The notes under the pieces are model-generated. The model was not told the origin of the DNA, made no database searches, and was given only the letters and a program-made list of their open reading frames with translations. Made by a program: the position numbers and the translations under genes. A stretch of 64,000 nt of DNA from Candidatus Anstonellales archaeon (GTDB lineage Archaea > Micrarchaeota > Micrarchaeia > Anstonellales > J096), in the NCBI GenBank assembly GCA_038890745.1, contig JAWAFD010000005.1, positions 22,436 through 86,435 of the forward strand. Direction: 5' to 3'. Below are positions 38,064-48,044 of this stretch, piece by piece (within the stretch, counting starts at the first letter, position 1; the number at the start of each line of letters is the position of its first letter).

Positions 38064-39104
38064 TCATTTCTTCAATTTTCCCCTCATCTTCGCGTATATT
38101 GCATAAGGAACATATTTTTTCCTGTTTATGTAATCCATTGTTTTTGGTGCTTTATCCGCTTTTTCTTTTATTTTTTCCGTAACTTCAATAAAAAACGAAT
38201 CGCTTCCCGCCCCGCTTCCAAAACTTGTTAAAAGAATTTTATCACCGGGTTTTGCAATATCCAGAACAGCAGAGAGACCAAGAATGGATGCGCCAGAGTA
38301 GGTATTCCCAATAACCGGTGTGAGAAGGCCAGGAAGGAGCTTTTCCTTCGGAATTCCAAGCATCTTTGCAGCCCGGAGAGGGAATTTTGCATTCGGCTGG
38401 TGGAAAATAACATAATCATAATCCTCTATTTTTGTTTTTGTTTTTGCAAGAAGGCCGTTTGTTGCTCCTAAAATGTGCTTAAAATACGCTGGCTCTCCTG
38501 TAAACCTCGCCCCATGGCTCGGATAGTCTGCTCCCTGCCTTCTCCAGAAATCAGGAGTATCTGTTGTAAAAGAGTATGTTGCCTTTATTACTGCCAGGCT
38601 TTCGCTTTCAGGACCGATTATAAAAGCAGCCCCTCCTGAACCTGCTGAGTATTCCAGCGCATCGCCCGGCTTCCCCTGTGCAGTGTCCGCGCCTATAGCC
38701 ATTCCATACTTTATGTATCCTGCGTCCACAAGCCCCATGCACATCTGCATCCCTGCTGTTCCTGCTTTGCATGCAAACTCCAAATCCGCAGCAGTAAGCT
38801 CGGGTGTGGCGTCTATTGCTTCTGCAACTGTTGAAGCCGTTGGGTTTACTGCATAAGGATGACTCTCGCTTCCAACATAAATAGCACCTATTTCCTTTCC
38901 ATCTATCCCTGCTCTCTTTAATGCATTTCTTGCAGCTTCAACCGCAATAGTGGTGGTGTCCTCATCCACTCCTGCAACTGCTTTTTCCTTTATTCCTAAA
39001 CCCTCTTCTATCCTCTTCGGATCCTCCCCCCAAACCTCTGCTATCTCTTTGGTTGTTATTCGGTAAGTTGGAACGTACGCTCCATACCCTATAATGCCTG
39101 CCAT
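38064..39104 (-). CDS. Hydroxymethylglutaryl-CoA synthase (archaeal type)
   Basis: [45 protein letters not shown]. Confidence 0.95.
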   Translation of the reverse strand: MAGIIGYGAYVPTYRITTKEIAEVWGEDPKRIEEGLGIKEKAVAGVDEDTTTIAVEAARNALKRAGIDGKEIGAIYVGSESHPYAVNPTASTVAEAIDATPELTAADLEFACKAGTAGMQMCMGLVDAGYIKYGMAIGADTAQGKPGDALEYSAGSGGAAFIIGPESESLAVIKATYSFTTDTPDFWRRQGADYPSHGARFTGEPAYFKHILGATNGLLAKTKTKIEDYDYVIFHQPNAKFPLRAAKMLGIPKEKLLPGLLTPVIGNTYSGASILGLSAVLDIAKPGDKILLTSFGSGAGSDSFFIEVTEKIKEKADKAPKTMDYINRKKYVPYAIYAKMRGKLKK

Positions 39105-39214
39105 ATAATCACGGTTTGCTTAATTTAAAGATGGGTTTAAAAAATTAGCGAAAACTAGTTCGGCAATCGCAGAATGGAAAGGTATTTAAACCTTATTTAA
39201 CATTAAATTATAAC

Positions 39215-40138
39215 ATGAGAAAAATAACAAAAGGGGTCAAAAATTTTGCTATCGCCGCAGGGATTATGGTAGCAAGTTTATTCCCAAACAAACTGGTGGA
39301 AGGAAAAACCTATGATACTGAATTGACACAAAGCGTGGCGCAAATTTTGGATAAAAGGTACGAGAATGATACAACTGAAACAGGAAGAAAGTGGAGAATA
39401 ATTTCAAATAAGGAAAATATAACCGCAAATGATGTATACGATTTTTTGAGTGGAAATTTGAGTGCAATAATGTATGTTGAAGATATATGCCCTACATGCG
39501 TACTAGGGTTGGCTGAAATAATAAGAAGGCAAAACTTAGAAAGTCAGGGAAGTAATAAGGAAGGAAATGGCGGGGTAGATATCAAACCGAGCGGACAAAG
39601 CGAGCAAGAAAAACCGAAACCAGAAGGGAAGGGGATTTCACAAGAAGCAAAGAACTTCTTTAGCAAAAAAATAGAGGTTGGAGGGAAGAAAATGAGTGCA
39701 TTGGAGTATTTAATAGCATGCGGGTATACAAATGAAGAGATAGAAGCAATTTATGGAAAAATAAAAAAAGACTGGGAAAATGTAACTCCGAATTTGAACA
39801 TGGAATTTCTTGATGCCTATGCACTAGAAGTTACGGGAAGAGTTTTGAAACCAACCGAACCAAACAACGAGCTTACGCAAGCTCAGATAGATAGTTTGAG
39901 GAGTTGGGCGCTGGATACCCTTCAGGCGACATTTGAAAACTCATTGGGGGCTGCGAAAAAACTTTGGGATAACTATTACAAATGGGGGGACAAAAGTCTT
40001 GATGGGGTATACAAGTTCTGCCTTGATGTGAGAAGTTTGTGCGACAAAAGACAAGGAGAAGTAGTCCAAACGGTGATAGATAAGATAGGTCTATACACAA
40101 AAGAGAGAAAAGAAACCCAAGAAGAAATGCGAAAATGA
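39215..40138 (+). CDS. Hypothetical exported protein
   Basis: Basic plus hydrophobic N-terminus; CPTC motif; own TATA box. Confidence 0.65.
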   Translation: MRKITKGVKNFAIAAGIMVASLFPNKLVEGKTYDTELTQSVAQILDKRYENDTTETGRKWRIISNKENITANDVYDFLSGNLSAIMYVEDICPTCVLGLAEIIRRQNLESQGSNKEGNGGVDIKPSGQSEQEKPKPEGKGISQEAKNFFSKKIEVGGKKMSALEYLIACGYTNEEIEAIYGKIKKDWENVTPNLNMEFLDAYALEVTGRVLKPTEPNNELTQAQIDSLRSWALDTLQATFENSLGAAKKLWDNYYKWGDKSLDGVYKFCLDVRSLCDKRQGEVVQTVIDKIGLYTKERKETQEEMRK

Positions 40139-40149
40139 ACTAATGTCCA

Positions 40150-40683
40150 CTAGATAAAATATCTGTTTATTTTTTCGCTTTCTACAAACTCCTTTATTTT
40201 TTCTAAATTCAAATAATCGCTCCTTCTCAAAAATGCGATGAATTTTCCTAAAAGGACATTTGCTTTATGCTCATCTATGTTCAGAGCATTCAAAACTTTT
40301 TTTATGTACGCGACCGCTTCTTTTTTCTCTTCCTCATCAACATAGGCAAGTTTTATTGAAATTATTTTTCCAAAAACATCTATCCTTACGACATCCTCTT
40401 CTGCAATCTCCTCAAGCTCCTCTCCTTCTTTAACTGCAATCGCTTCAAGTTCCTTCCACAAACTTGCTGGAAGGTACTCTAGAATATCTTTTTTGTCGTT
40501 CAAAAAATCATAAAGAATCGCTGGTGTAAGTTTTTCGTCTCCGTAGGAATATGGGGAGAGGAATTCCATAAGTTTTTCCCTTGCAACCCCCCTTGCTCTC
40601 ATCAACTCATGAATGACAGCTATCATGACAGGGATCTCGCTTGGCTCCGCCTCAAAACGAATGCTTTCTATAAAGGTTTCCAT
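40150..40683 (-). CDS. Hypothetical protein
   Basis: E/K-rich ORF with typical composition. Confidence 0.6.
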   Translation of the reverse strand: METFIESIRFEAEPSEIPVMIAVIHELMRARGVAREKLMEFLSPYSYGDEKLTPAILYDFLNDKKDILEYLPASLWKELEAIAVKEGEELEEIAEEDVVRIDVFGKIISIKLAYVDEEEKKEAVAYIKKVLNALNIDEHKANVLLGKFIAFLRRSDYLNLEKIKEFVESEKINRYFI

Positions 40684-40732
40684 AAGGATTAATTAATGGC
40701 GCGGATATAAAAATGTTTTCTGTCATTTTTTC

Positions 40733-41782
40733 ATGATGGTTGTTCTTTGCAGATTCTGTAATGAGAGGTTTAAGAAAAAATTCAAAGAGGGCGAGTGCTA
40801 CATATGCAAAGGGAATGTCGAAAAAATAATAAGAAATGTTGAAAAGGTAGACATAAAATTACCGGTGAAAAACGCTGAGTCTTTCTCCATCTCCACAGCA
40901 ATCCCGAAAGAGGTTGTTTTAAGAGAGGAGGACGTATTCGACATCGTTTTGGGCGAGAGTATAAAAAGCTGGCTGAATGCAAAGGTTGTTGAGATTCTAG
41001 CAAAAAAAACAAAACTGAAATACAAGGCAACATATTCTGATGTAAATTTTACTATTGATTGGAGCGGGAATGTTTTTGCTTCTGTGAAAAACCTTTTCAT
41101 ATTCGGAAGGTACAAAAAATATTCTAATGAGATAAGCCAAAGTAAGGGATACTGGAAGGGAAAGGGAAGCGTTGAAGAGAGTATAGGAGAGGTGATGGAG
41201 GAGGAATGCGAAGGAACGCGCCATAGTCTGCATGCCTCTGGGAGGGAGGATGTGGATGCCCTGAATTTTGCAGGCAGGCCCTTTGTTATGGAGATTTACA
41301 GCGCAAAGGAGAGAAAACCGGATTTGGAAAAAATTAAGAGGAGAATAGATGAAACCGGAGTTGTCGAGGTAAGCGATTTGAGAATTGTTGATGGAAGCGC
41401 TGTTGCGATAATTACAGATTCTCATTTTGATAAGAGGTATAGAGCCTATCTAAGCGAAGAATTGAGCGAGGGGCAGAAGAAAAAAATAAAGGAATGTATA
41501 GAAGGAAAGATAATAGAGCAGTGGACGCCGAAAAGAGTTGAGAGAAGAAGGGCAAAGAAAATTAGGAAAAGGAAAGTTTATTCTATTGATTTCGGAGAGG
41601 ATGGGGAGGGGCAGTATGCCGAGGTAGAGGCAGAGGCGGGAACATACATAAAAGAGTTGATCAATGGGGATGAAGGAAGGACAAAACCGAGCTTTTCTGA
41701 AATTTTGGGTAAGCCCTTGGAATGCAAAAAGCTTATAGTTGTTGCGATAAAAGATGATTTTATAAGGGATGTGGTGGGTTGA
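40733..41782 (+). CDS. pus10: tRNA pseudouridine(54/55) synthase Pus10
   Basis: N-terminal Zn cysteines, HASGREDVDA, GRPFVME, QWTPKRV, AGTYIKELINGDEGRTKPS. Confidence 0.93.
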   Translation: MMVVLCRFCNERFKKKFKEGECYICKGNVEKIIRNVEKVDIKLPVKNAESFSISTAIPKEVVLREEDVFDIVLGESIKSWLNAKVVEILAKKTKLKYKATYSDVNFTIDWSGNVFASVKNLFIFGRYKKYSNEISQSKGYWKGKGSVEESIGEVMEEECEGTRHSLHASGREDVDALNFAGRPFVMEIYSAKERKPDLEKIKRRIDETGVVEVSDLRIVDGSAVAIITDSHFDKRYRAYLSEELSEGQKKKIKECIEGKIIEQWTPKRVERRRAKKIRKRKVYSIDFGEDGEGQYAEVEAEAGTYIKELINGDEGRTKPSFSEILGKPLECKKLIVVAIKDDFIRDVVG

Positions 41783-41786
41783 GAGT

Positions 41787-42635
41787 ATGATGGACTTATT
41801 CGCGCAGTATTCAATTCCGTTTGAGGGGGTAAGGATAGCGGTTGCGATATTGATGGTAGGTATAGGAACGTATTTTGACCTGTTCAAAAACAAGAATGTT
41901 CCGGACAAATTTCTTTATGCATGCCTAGGGGTCGCATTTTTGTTTGCTGTATTTCCTTTCAACAATCTATCTGTTTATGCGCTTGCGCAGGGAATTTTTA
42001 TTTTTGCAATCGGCTACATGATGTATAAGGCAGGGCAGATAGGTGGGGCTGATGTTTATCTTCTTTCTGCAACAGCCATGCTCATCCCAGTTCCGCCTTC
42101 AATTACTGGAATAACGATGGCGGTTCCGTTCATATTTTTTGTGATAATTTTTTCAGGCCTAATCTTTACGGCGTACAATATAGTTTATTTTATTGTAAAA
42201 CTATCGCATGAAAAAATAACAAAAATAGATTGGATATACCTAATCCTCGCGATTCCTTTCGCGATATTCGCATACTTCTACTCAAACTCAATCTTCTACT
42301 CTCCAATCTATTTTTCAATAATAACAATTCTGTTTGTTGGTGCTGTTGTTTTCGGAGCGTTCAGGGAAACTATAATGAAGCATGCTGTTGTGAAGGTTCC
42401 GGTTGGAAAAGCTGAGGAAGAGGTTTTCGCATCAGAATACGCGAGCGAAAGGGAGAGAAAAATAGTAAGGGTAAGGGTGATAGATAAGAAAACTATCGAG
42501 GAATTGAAAAAAGCAAAAATAAAAGAAATAACGGTTTACGGAAAGCTTCCACCATTCCTACCATTCGTTTTTGTTGGTGTCTTGCTCTCTTTATTTTTTG
42601 CAAACCTTCTTTTCCCTGATATTATCTTACCGTAA
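41787..42635 (+). CDS. A24-family prepilin/preflagellin peptidase
   Basis: TYFDL, QIGGAD, C-terminal PPFLPF; multiple TM segments. Confidence 0.85.
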   Translation: MMDLFAQYSIPFEGVRIAVAILMVGIGTYFDLFKNKNVPDKFLYACLGVAFLFAVFPFNNLSVYALAQGIFIFAIGYMMYKAGQIGGADVYLLSATAMLIPVPPSITGITMAVPFIFFVIIFSGLIFTAYNIVYFIVKLSHEKITKIDWIYLILAIPFAIFAYFYSNSIFYSPIYFSIITILFVGAVVFGAFRETIMKHAVVKVPVGKAEEEVFASEYASERERKIVRVRVIDKKTIEELKKAKIKEITVYGKLPPFLPFVFVGVLLSLFFANLLFPDIILP

Positions 42636-43071
42636 CTTTCAAAACCTCCTCTTCTTTCTTTTTCGCCTTTTTCTTCATTCTTAGAGTTAAGACTCCGTCT
42701 TTGTACTCTGCCTCAACACCATGCGGGTCTGCATCAGAAGGAAGGAGAACACTTCTGTAAAATCCTGCATAGCTCTTTTCGCTGTAAAAGTAGCCTTTCT
42801 TTTTCTCCTCTTTCTCTTTTTTCCTCTCCCCTTTTACCCTTAGCTCGTTTCCGACAATATCCACGCTTATGTCTTTTTTATCTATTCCGGGCATGTCTAT
42901 TTTTACAATATATCCATCCTTATCCTCTTTCATCTCAATCTCTGGTACTTTGAACTTAGCCATGCCCATTGTCTTGAAATCAACCTCTCTCTTCATAAGC
43001 TCATCCCACATCCTGTCCATGTGCTTCCTGAATCTCTTTATCTCCTCGTACGGATCGAACAAAACCCCCAT
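42622..43071 (-). CDS. Hsp20/alpha-crystallin small heat shock protein
   Basis: DMPGIDKKDI, FYRSVLLP, AEYKDGVL. Start 43071 after GGTGA. Confidence 0.92.
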   Translation of the reverse strand: MGVLFDPYEEIKRFRKHMDRMWDELMKREVDFKTMGMAKFKVPEIEMKEDKDGYIVKIDMPGIDKKDISVDIVGNELRVKGERKKEKEEKKKGYFYSEKSYAGFYRSVLLPSDADPHGVEAEYKDGVLTLRMKKKAKKKEEEVLKVTVR

Positions 43072-43111
43072 TCTATCACCGAAAAGAAATTTGCAAAAAA
43101 AATTTAAAAAA

Positions 43112-44125
43112 TTATCTAAATGGCCTTGAATGCCGTCTAAGAGGAAGGACTGTTCCACCAGAATAAAAGGAGAATATTTTTTCCGCACTTTCCATCTCTT
43201 CTGGATTGAGGGCTGCCCGCATGTCCGCTTCTATGAGAATCGCTGGGTAGGCGTAGGATGGGGAGAGGGAAGAGAGGGTGTAGAGGATTGAAGCAAATTC
43301 ATTGAAAGAGTATTTTGAGGGGAGGAATTCTATTCGAAGCGGTCGGTCGTTTTTTGATGGCTTTAAATAGAAAATGTTTATTCTTTTTCCCCATGGGTAA
43401 AGATCCTTGATTATGGTGTTTTCTTCCCGGTAGTTGAAAACGAATGTTCTTTCGCCCTCGTTCAGCAGGAAATGGAGAAAAACGCTATCAGAGCAGTTTT
43501 CATCAATTTTATTTTTCACAATTTCCATAAACCTCTTTCCTCTTGAATCCTTTATCACACCAGCAATCGCAACCCCTTTCTTTTCGCATAAGGAGTAGAG
43601 TTCTTTGTAAAGGGAAACGACCTTTCCATACTCCTCATGAAGCTGGGAATCCTCGCTCGGCCTGTCAGAGAGAAGAGGGGTAAGGGAGCCATCAAGTAGG
43701 AAAATTTCTGGTGAGAAGTTTTTTATTGCATTGATTGCATTTTTTATCTCGAGATTTAGCCTGAATAGATTTTTATGCCAAACAACCTCCCTTTCATCCA
43801 GCCCGGTTTTAACATCATACTCTATTTTTGATGAAGGAGAGGGAAAGTAATCAACGGTGCAGAGTTTTGTTTTTTCATACACAAATTTTACGGCAACGGC
43901 CCTTCCCAAAAGGATATCAACCCCGTGTAGCTCTTTTGAGAGAAGGCCGGCATCATTCGCTCCGATCGTTAGGTTTATTTCTGTTTTTTCAACCGGGATG
44001 GCAATCTCTTTTTCAAGCGCCTCTTTGAAAACGGCGCTGCTCTCCCGCAGAATTTTCGCCTTTTCTGCCCTCTCTTTATTTATGGAAACAACATACTCGG
44101 CTGCTTTTTTTAGTTCGTTGAGCAT
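43112..44125 (-). CDS. nurA: NurA-family nuclease
   Basis: FLLDGSL, GVIKDS, LNEGERT, LRIEF, YAYPAILIEAD motifs. Confidence 0.85.
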   Translation of the reverse strand: MLNELKKAAEYVVSINKERAEKAKILRESSAVFKEALEKEIAIPVEKTEINLTIGANDAGLLSKELHGVDILLGRAVAVKFVYEKTKLCTVDYFPSPSSKIEYDVKTGLDEREVVWHKNLFRLNLEIKNAINAIKNFSPEIFLLDGSLTPLLSDRPSEDSQLHEEYGKVVSLYKELYSLCEKKGVAIAGVIKDSRGKRFMEIVKNKIDENCSDSVFLHFLLNEGERTFVFNYREENTIIKDLYPWGKRINIFYLKPSKNDRPLRIEFLPSKYSFNEFASILYTLSSLSPSYAYPAILIEADMRAALNPEEMESAEKIFSFYSGGTVLPLRRHSRPFR

Positions 44126-44218
44126 AGGTTTGTTTTTGGGTGGAAAAGATAAAAAGAGTTGCGATACATGAAAGCTTTTTAAGTATAACTATACAAAACA
44201 TGTGCGTTGGGTGGGAGA

Positions 44219-44911
44219 ATGAAGAAATTGTTAATGGTTTTAGTGGTGGTTTCGCTTGTTCTAGCGATGCCAGCTGTGAAAACAGTCAGTACGGTAAGTA
44301 AAGCAACAGCAAGCACACTCAAACCCGGAACTGCGGTAAAAACGCCTTTAAACCCAAAAACAATAGATATCTGTAGCGTACGCAGACCGTTTCTACTCGA
44401 AAACTGTGAGTCATTTGAAATGTATAACATAACAGTAACATTTCACAATGCTACGATCTACAACGACAGTTCTAAATGGGCAAGCTTCAGCATATCCGAT
44501 CCAGAAGGTTACGTATATTTCATGCTTAGAGAAGGACAAAACTATTACTTCCTTCCAAAAACCGGTAAATTACTAAAACTAAAGCTCCACCAAGTTATAA
44601 ACCCAAACCAAGTGCAGGTTAGTTATGTGTGGTGCCCGGCAATGATCTACCCAAGGACGGTAACTGTTGCGGCTGAGGACCAGGTAGGAACAACCCATGG
44701 AGGGTATGGAGCATCCGTCTACCTTGGACAGATACTGCCATCCCTTATACCGGTGTATGAGTATGATTATATGTATAACTGGGTCGGATCTGATAATGTC
44801 TTTGAAGGCAGTTATACCGACTTCGTTGCAAATGGATACACTTATAGATTTACATATCTAAACCGTGTATCACCCAACACAGCAAAGGTACAATTTGTTG
44901 AATACAACTAA
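44219..44911 (+). CDS. Hypothetical exported beta-rich protein
   Basis: Signal peptide MKKLLMVLVVVSLVLA; N-glycosylation sequons; T-rich terminator. Confidence 0.7.
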   Translation: MKKLLMVLVVVSLVLAMPAVKTVSTVSKATASTLKPGTAVKTPLNPKTIDICSVRRPFLLENCESFEMYNITVTFHNATIYNDSSKWASFSISDPEGYVYFMLREGQNYYFLPKTGKLLKLKLHQVINPNQVQVSYVWCPAMIYPRTVTVAAEDQVGTTHGGYGASVYLGQILPSLIPVYEYDYMYNWVGSDNVFEGSYTDFVANGYTYRFTYLNRVSPNTAKVQFVEYN

Positions 44912-44972
44912 CTAACTTTTTCTTTTTTTCTTTTATGCAATGTTTTTAAGCGCTTACATTCTATTTTTTGCA

Positions 44973-45323
44973 ATGGTTAAGCAGGCGATTGTTGTAAGAA
45001 TGGACTTGAAAATGGGGAAGGGGAAGATGTGCGCGCAGGTTGCGCACGCATCCATCTCTGCATACAAGGAAGTGGTGAGAAAGAATAAGAGGATTGCTGA
45101 GGAATGGGAAAAGGAGGGGATGAAAAAAATCGTTCTGAAAGTAAAAAATTTAAATGAGCTTCTAGAGTATTATGAAAAATGCGCGGAAGCAGGAATACCG
45201 GTTTCGCTTATAAAGGATGCCGGCCATACACAGATTGAACCGGGAACAATAACCTGCTTTGGTGCAGGTCCTTGGGAGGAAGAAAAAATAGATGGGGTGC
45301 TTGGAAGGTTAAAGCTTTTGTGA
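44973..45323 (+). CDS. pth2: Peptidyl-tRNA hydrolase Pth2
   Basis: KQAIVVRMDLKMGKGKMCAQVAHA, DAGHTQIEPGT. Confidence 0.96.
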   Translation: MVKQAIVVRMDLKMGKGKMCAQVAHASISAYKEVVRKNKRIAEEWEKEGMKKIVLKVKNLNELLEYYEKCAEAGIPVSLIKDAGHTQIEPGTITCFGAGPWEEEKIDGVLGRLKLL

Positions 45324-45332
45324 GGTGAGAGG

Positions 45333-46226
45333 ATGGATAGGTTGGATGTGATAATCTTTCTTTCAACAATAGGGGTATTTGTTGTTCTTGCGGTTATTTT
45401 CACTGCCCTTCTCTACGCAACTGGTGGGGACCTAATATATGTCCTACCGTTCTCATTCCTGATGCTTTTTATACAATGGTACATCGGTCCGTTTATGGTG
45501 AAGGTGTTTACTGGGGCGAAGGAGGTTAGCGAGGAGGAGGCACCGGAACTGCATAAGATGGTTGAGGAATTGGCAAAAAAAGCAGGGATTCCAAAGCCAA
45601 AAGTGTGCATAGTAAACAACCCATCTCCGAATGCGTTTGCGTTCGGAAGGACGCAGAAAAGTAGCTATGTAGCAGTGCATACTGGGCTGATGAATGCGCT
45701 TAGTGAAGAGGAGGTTAAGGCAGTTCTTGCACATGAGATAGGGCACATAAAACACAGGGATGTTTTCGTAATCACCATGGCTTCTGTCCTTCCTGTTCTT
45801 CTATACTGGGGGGTTATATTCGCTCTGGGCGGGAGGAACCGAGAGAGGCAGAATCCTTTTGCAGTATGGATGGGCGCGCTTTTTGCGCAGTTTATAGGCC
45901 AGCTTGCTGTTCTCTGGCTCTCTAGGCAAAGGGAGTTTTTTGCAGATGCTTTTTCTAAGAAAGTTATTGGGGACCCGCTTCCTCTTGGAAGGGCCCTTGT
46001 AAAAATAAGTTATTCGCTGAATAAATACAGAGAAATAGAAAATCCATCCATGAAAGCATTCTACATTGGGGAGGCAGAGCATCTGAGCGAGGATGTTTTA
46101 AGAGCAGTGAGCGGTGGAAAAGAGGATATAATGGAAGCTATAAAGAGAGATGAAGGAATGGGTATTCTAGAGCTTTTCAGTACCCACCCAAGAACAGTAA
46201 AAAGGCTGAAAGCGCTCTTCTCATAG
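45333..46226 (+). CDS. htpX: HtpX-like M48 zinc metalloprotease
   Basis: PNAFAFG, AHEIGH, SRQREFFAD, FSTHP. Confidence 0.93.
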   Translation: MDRLDVIIFLSTIGVFVVLAVIFTALLYATGGDLIYVLPFSFLMLFIQWYIGPFMVKVFTGAKEVSEEEAPELHKMVEELAKKAGIPKPKVCIVNNPSPNAFAFGRTQKSSYVAVHTGLMNALSEEEVKAVLAHEIGHIKHRDVFVITMASVLPVLLYWGVIFALGGRNRERQNPFAVWMGALFAQFIGQLAVLWLSRQREFFADAFSKKVIGDPLPLGRALVKISYSLNKYREIENPSMKAFYIGEAEHLSEDVLRAVSGGKEDIMEAIKRDEGMGILELFSTHPRTVKRLKALFS

Positions 46227-46234
46227 GTGAGCAT

Positions 46235-46744
46235 ATGTACATGAGCGATGTGGATATAAAGAAGGCGATAAAGAAAGGAGAAATAAAAATAGAACCGCTA
46301 AGTGAGGAGCAGATAGGGCCGGCAAGCATTGACCTTACGCTTGATAATATATGGTGGTTTCCGAAGAAGAAAATGTTTCCTGTTGATTTGAAAAAAGTTG
46401 GATGGGAGGAACTTATGGAGAAAAAGGTTGCGGAGAGGATAGTGCTAAAACCAGGAGAGCTCTGCCTCGGCATTACAAAAGAAAGAATAACACTGGCAGA
46501 CAATATAATCGGAAAATTAGAGGGGAGAAGCCGATATGCGAGGGTGGGGCTATCTGTACATATCACTTCTGCGCTTGTCCAGCCCGGTGTGAGCAACCAC
46601 CAGGTTTTGGAGATTGTGAATAATGCACCTTTTCCGGTAGTACTGCACGAAGGGATGAGGGTAAGCCAGATTGTTTTTGCAAAGACAAAAAGCAAAACCT
46701 CAAAACCATACAGAAAAGTAGGGAAGATAGCGGTTAAACAATAG
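46235..46744 (+). CDS. dcd: dCTP deaminase
   Basis: IGPASIDLTL, EGRSRYARVGL, VLEIVN, GMRVSQ. Confidence 0.92.
   Translation: MYMSDVDIKKAIKKGEIKIEPLSEEQIGPASIDLTLDNIWWFPKKKMFPVDLKKVGWEELMEKKVAERIVLKPGELCLGITKERITLADNIIGKLEGRSRYARVGLSVHITSALVQPGVSNHQVLEIVNNAPFPVVLHEGMRVSQIVFAKTKSKTSKPYRKVGKIAVKQ
46732..46743 (+). repeat. 12-bp direct repeat, copy B1 (3' end of dcd)
   Basis: GGTTAAACAATA, repeated at 47515-47526. Confidence 0.7.
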
Positions 46745-46775
46745 GAATTTAAAGTTTGTTTGCTGAGTAGTCTGC

Positions 46776-47342
46776 ATGAAGGTTGATGTTGAGGTAAAGG
46801 CAAAACCAAGCGGCATAGATAGATTCGTTTATGAATTTGTGAGGATTTTGGAAAGATATACGAATTATGCGTTAGTAAGTGGGTATGTTGCAATCTTGCT
46901 CGGGATGGAAAGACCTACGCAAGATATTGATGTTATAGTGGATGGATTTAAGAGTAAAAAAGAGTTCCATCGCTTTTTGCATGAGATAGAAAAAATAGGA
47001 TATTCAATAGCAATAAAGAAAGAGTGGGTGTATGAAATTTTTGAAAAAAGAGGAGAGAAAATTGATATTTTTACGAAAAAACAGTGGTATTTTGATTTTA
47101 AAAAAGCAAAAAATATCTGGGATGTGAATTCCGTAAAATATTCGATAAAAATAAAAAAAGGGAATTATGTATTCAGGACAGCCCCACCAGAGATTCAGGT
47201 GCCGTACAAACTCTTACTTGGAACCGACAAAGATATAAAGGATGCCAAATACATCTATGAAAGATTAAAAGATATCATAGATATTGAAACAATGAAAAAG
47301 AATGCTAGATTGATGAAAGTTGACCTGAGCTTGATAGTATGA
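46776..47342 (+). CDS. Nucleotidyltransferase-family protein (putative antitoxin/toxin)
   Basis: YALVSGYVAILLG.ERPTQDIDVIV and C-terminal YKL..GTDKDIKDA. Confidence 0.75.
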   Translation: MKVDVEVKAKPSGIDRFVYEFVRILERYTNYALVSGYVAILLGMERPTQDIDVIVDGFKSKKEFHRFLHEIEKIGYSIAIKKEWVYEIFEKRGEKIDIFTKKQWYFDFKKAKNIWDVNSVKYSIKIKKGNYVFRTAPPEIQVPYKLLLGTDKDIKDAKYIYERLKDIIDIETMKKNARLMKVDLSLIV

Positions 47343-47527
47343 AGAAAACAAAGATAAAGGCAAAAAGGATCACACCACTCCCTCCTGTTCCGAAGCTTGC
47401 AAGACAAAGGATGGGCAAAAAGAGGAGATATGAAGAATATATGAGACCGATCGAGTACATAGCAAAACATAGGAGCCCAAAAATACTTTTATACAAAAAG
47501 GCGAGAAGAAGGGTGGTTAAACAATAA
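47339..47527 (+). CDS. Small basic protein coupled to the nucleotidyltransferase
   Basis: ATGA overlap with the upstream stop; 62 aa, K/R-rich; ends VKQ as dcd does. Confidence 0.5.
   Translation: MKKTKIKAKRITPLPPVPKLARQRMGKKRRYEEYMRPIEYIAKHRSPKILLYKKARRRVVKQ
47515..47526 (+). repeat. 12-bp direct repeat, copy B2
   Basis: GGTTAAACAATA; overlaps the stops of both convergent genes. Confidence 0.7.
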
Positions 47528-48044
47528 CCCTTTTCTCAGTCACCACTGCGTCCATAACCGCATCATGCTCTTCATGCGCAAAATGCCTCACCTGAAAATC
47601 AAAACACACGCCGATTTTGAATGGATTGAATTTCTTCAAAAACTTATCGTAGTATCCTTTACCATACCCCAAACGATGCTTTTTTGGTGAAAACGCTAAC
47701 GCGGGTACAATGATAACATCTATTTTTTCTTTCCATTTAGGAGAAATGGGCTCAGGTATTCCAAACCTTCCTTTTTTCAATTCTTCAAAAGAATTAAACG
47801 GAGCAAAAACCAATCTTTCTTTTTCGAGCCGTGGGAGGAGGAATTTTTTTGTTTTATCTTTCATCAGTTGCAAAATCCTAACTTCATTTTTTATTGGAAA
47901 ATAGAGTGCAACAGTTTTTGCATCTCTGTACTCCTCCATTCTCCTTATTTTGTTGCATATTTTTCTGCTTGCGTTTTCAATAAACCCTTCGCTCAGGGAA
48001 AGCCTCTTCTTAAGCATTTCCTTCCGTAGTGTTTTTTTATCCAT
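47517..48044 (-). CDS. 5-formyltetrahydrofolate cyclo-ligase
   Basis: MDKKTLR, FGIPEP, IIVPALAF, RLGYGKGYYD, HDAVMD. Confidence 0.93.
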   Translation of the reverse strand: MDKKTLRKEMLKKRLSLSEGFIENASRKICNKIRRMEEYRDAKTVALYFPIKNEVRILQLMKDKTKKFLLPRLEKERLVFAPFNSFEELKKGRFGIPEPISPKWKEKIDVIIVPALAFSPKKHRLGYGKGYYDKFLKKFNPFKIGVCFDFQVRHFAHEEHDAVMDAVVTEKRVIV

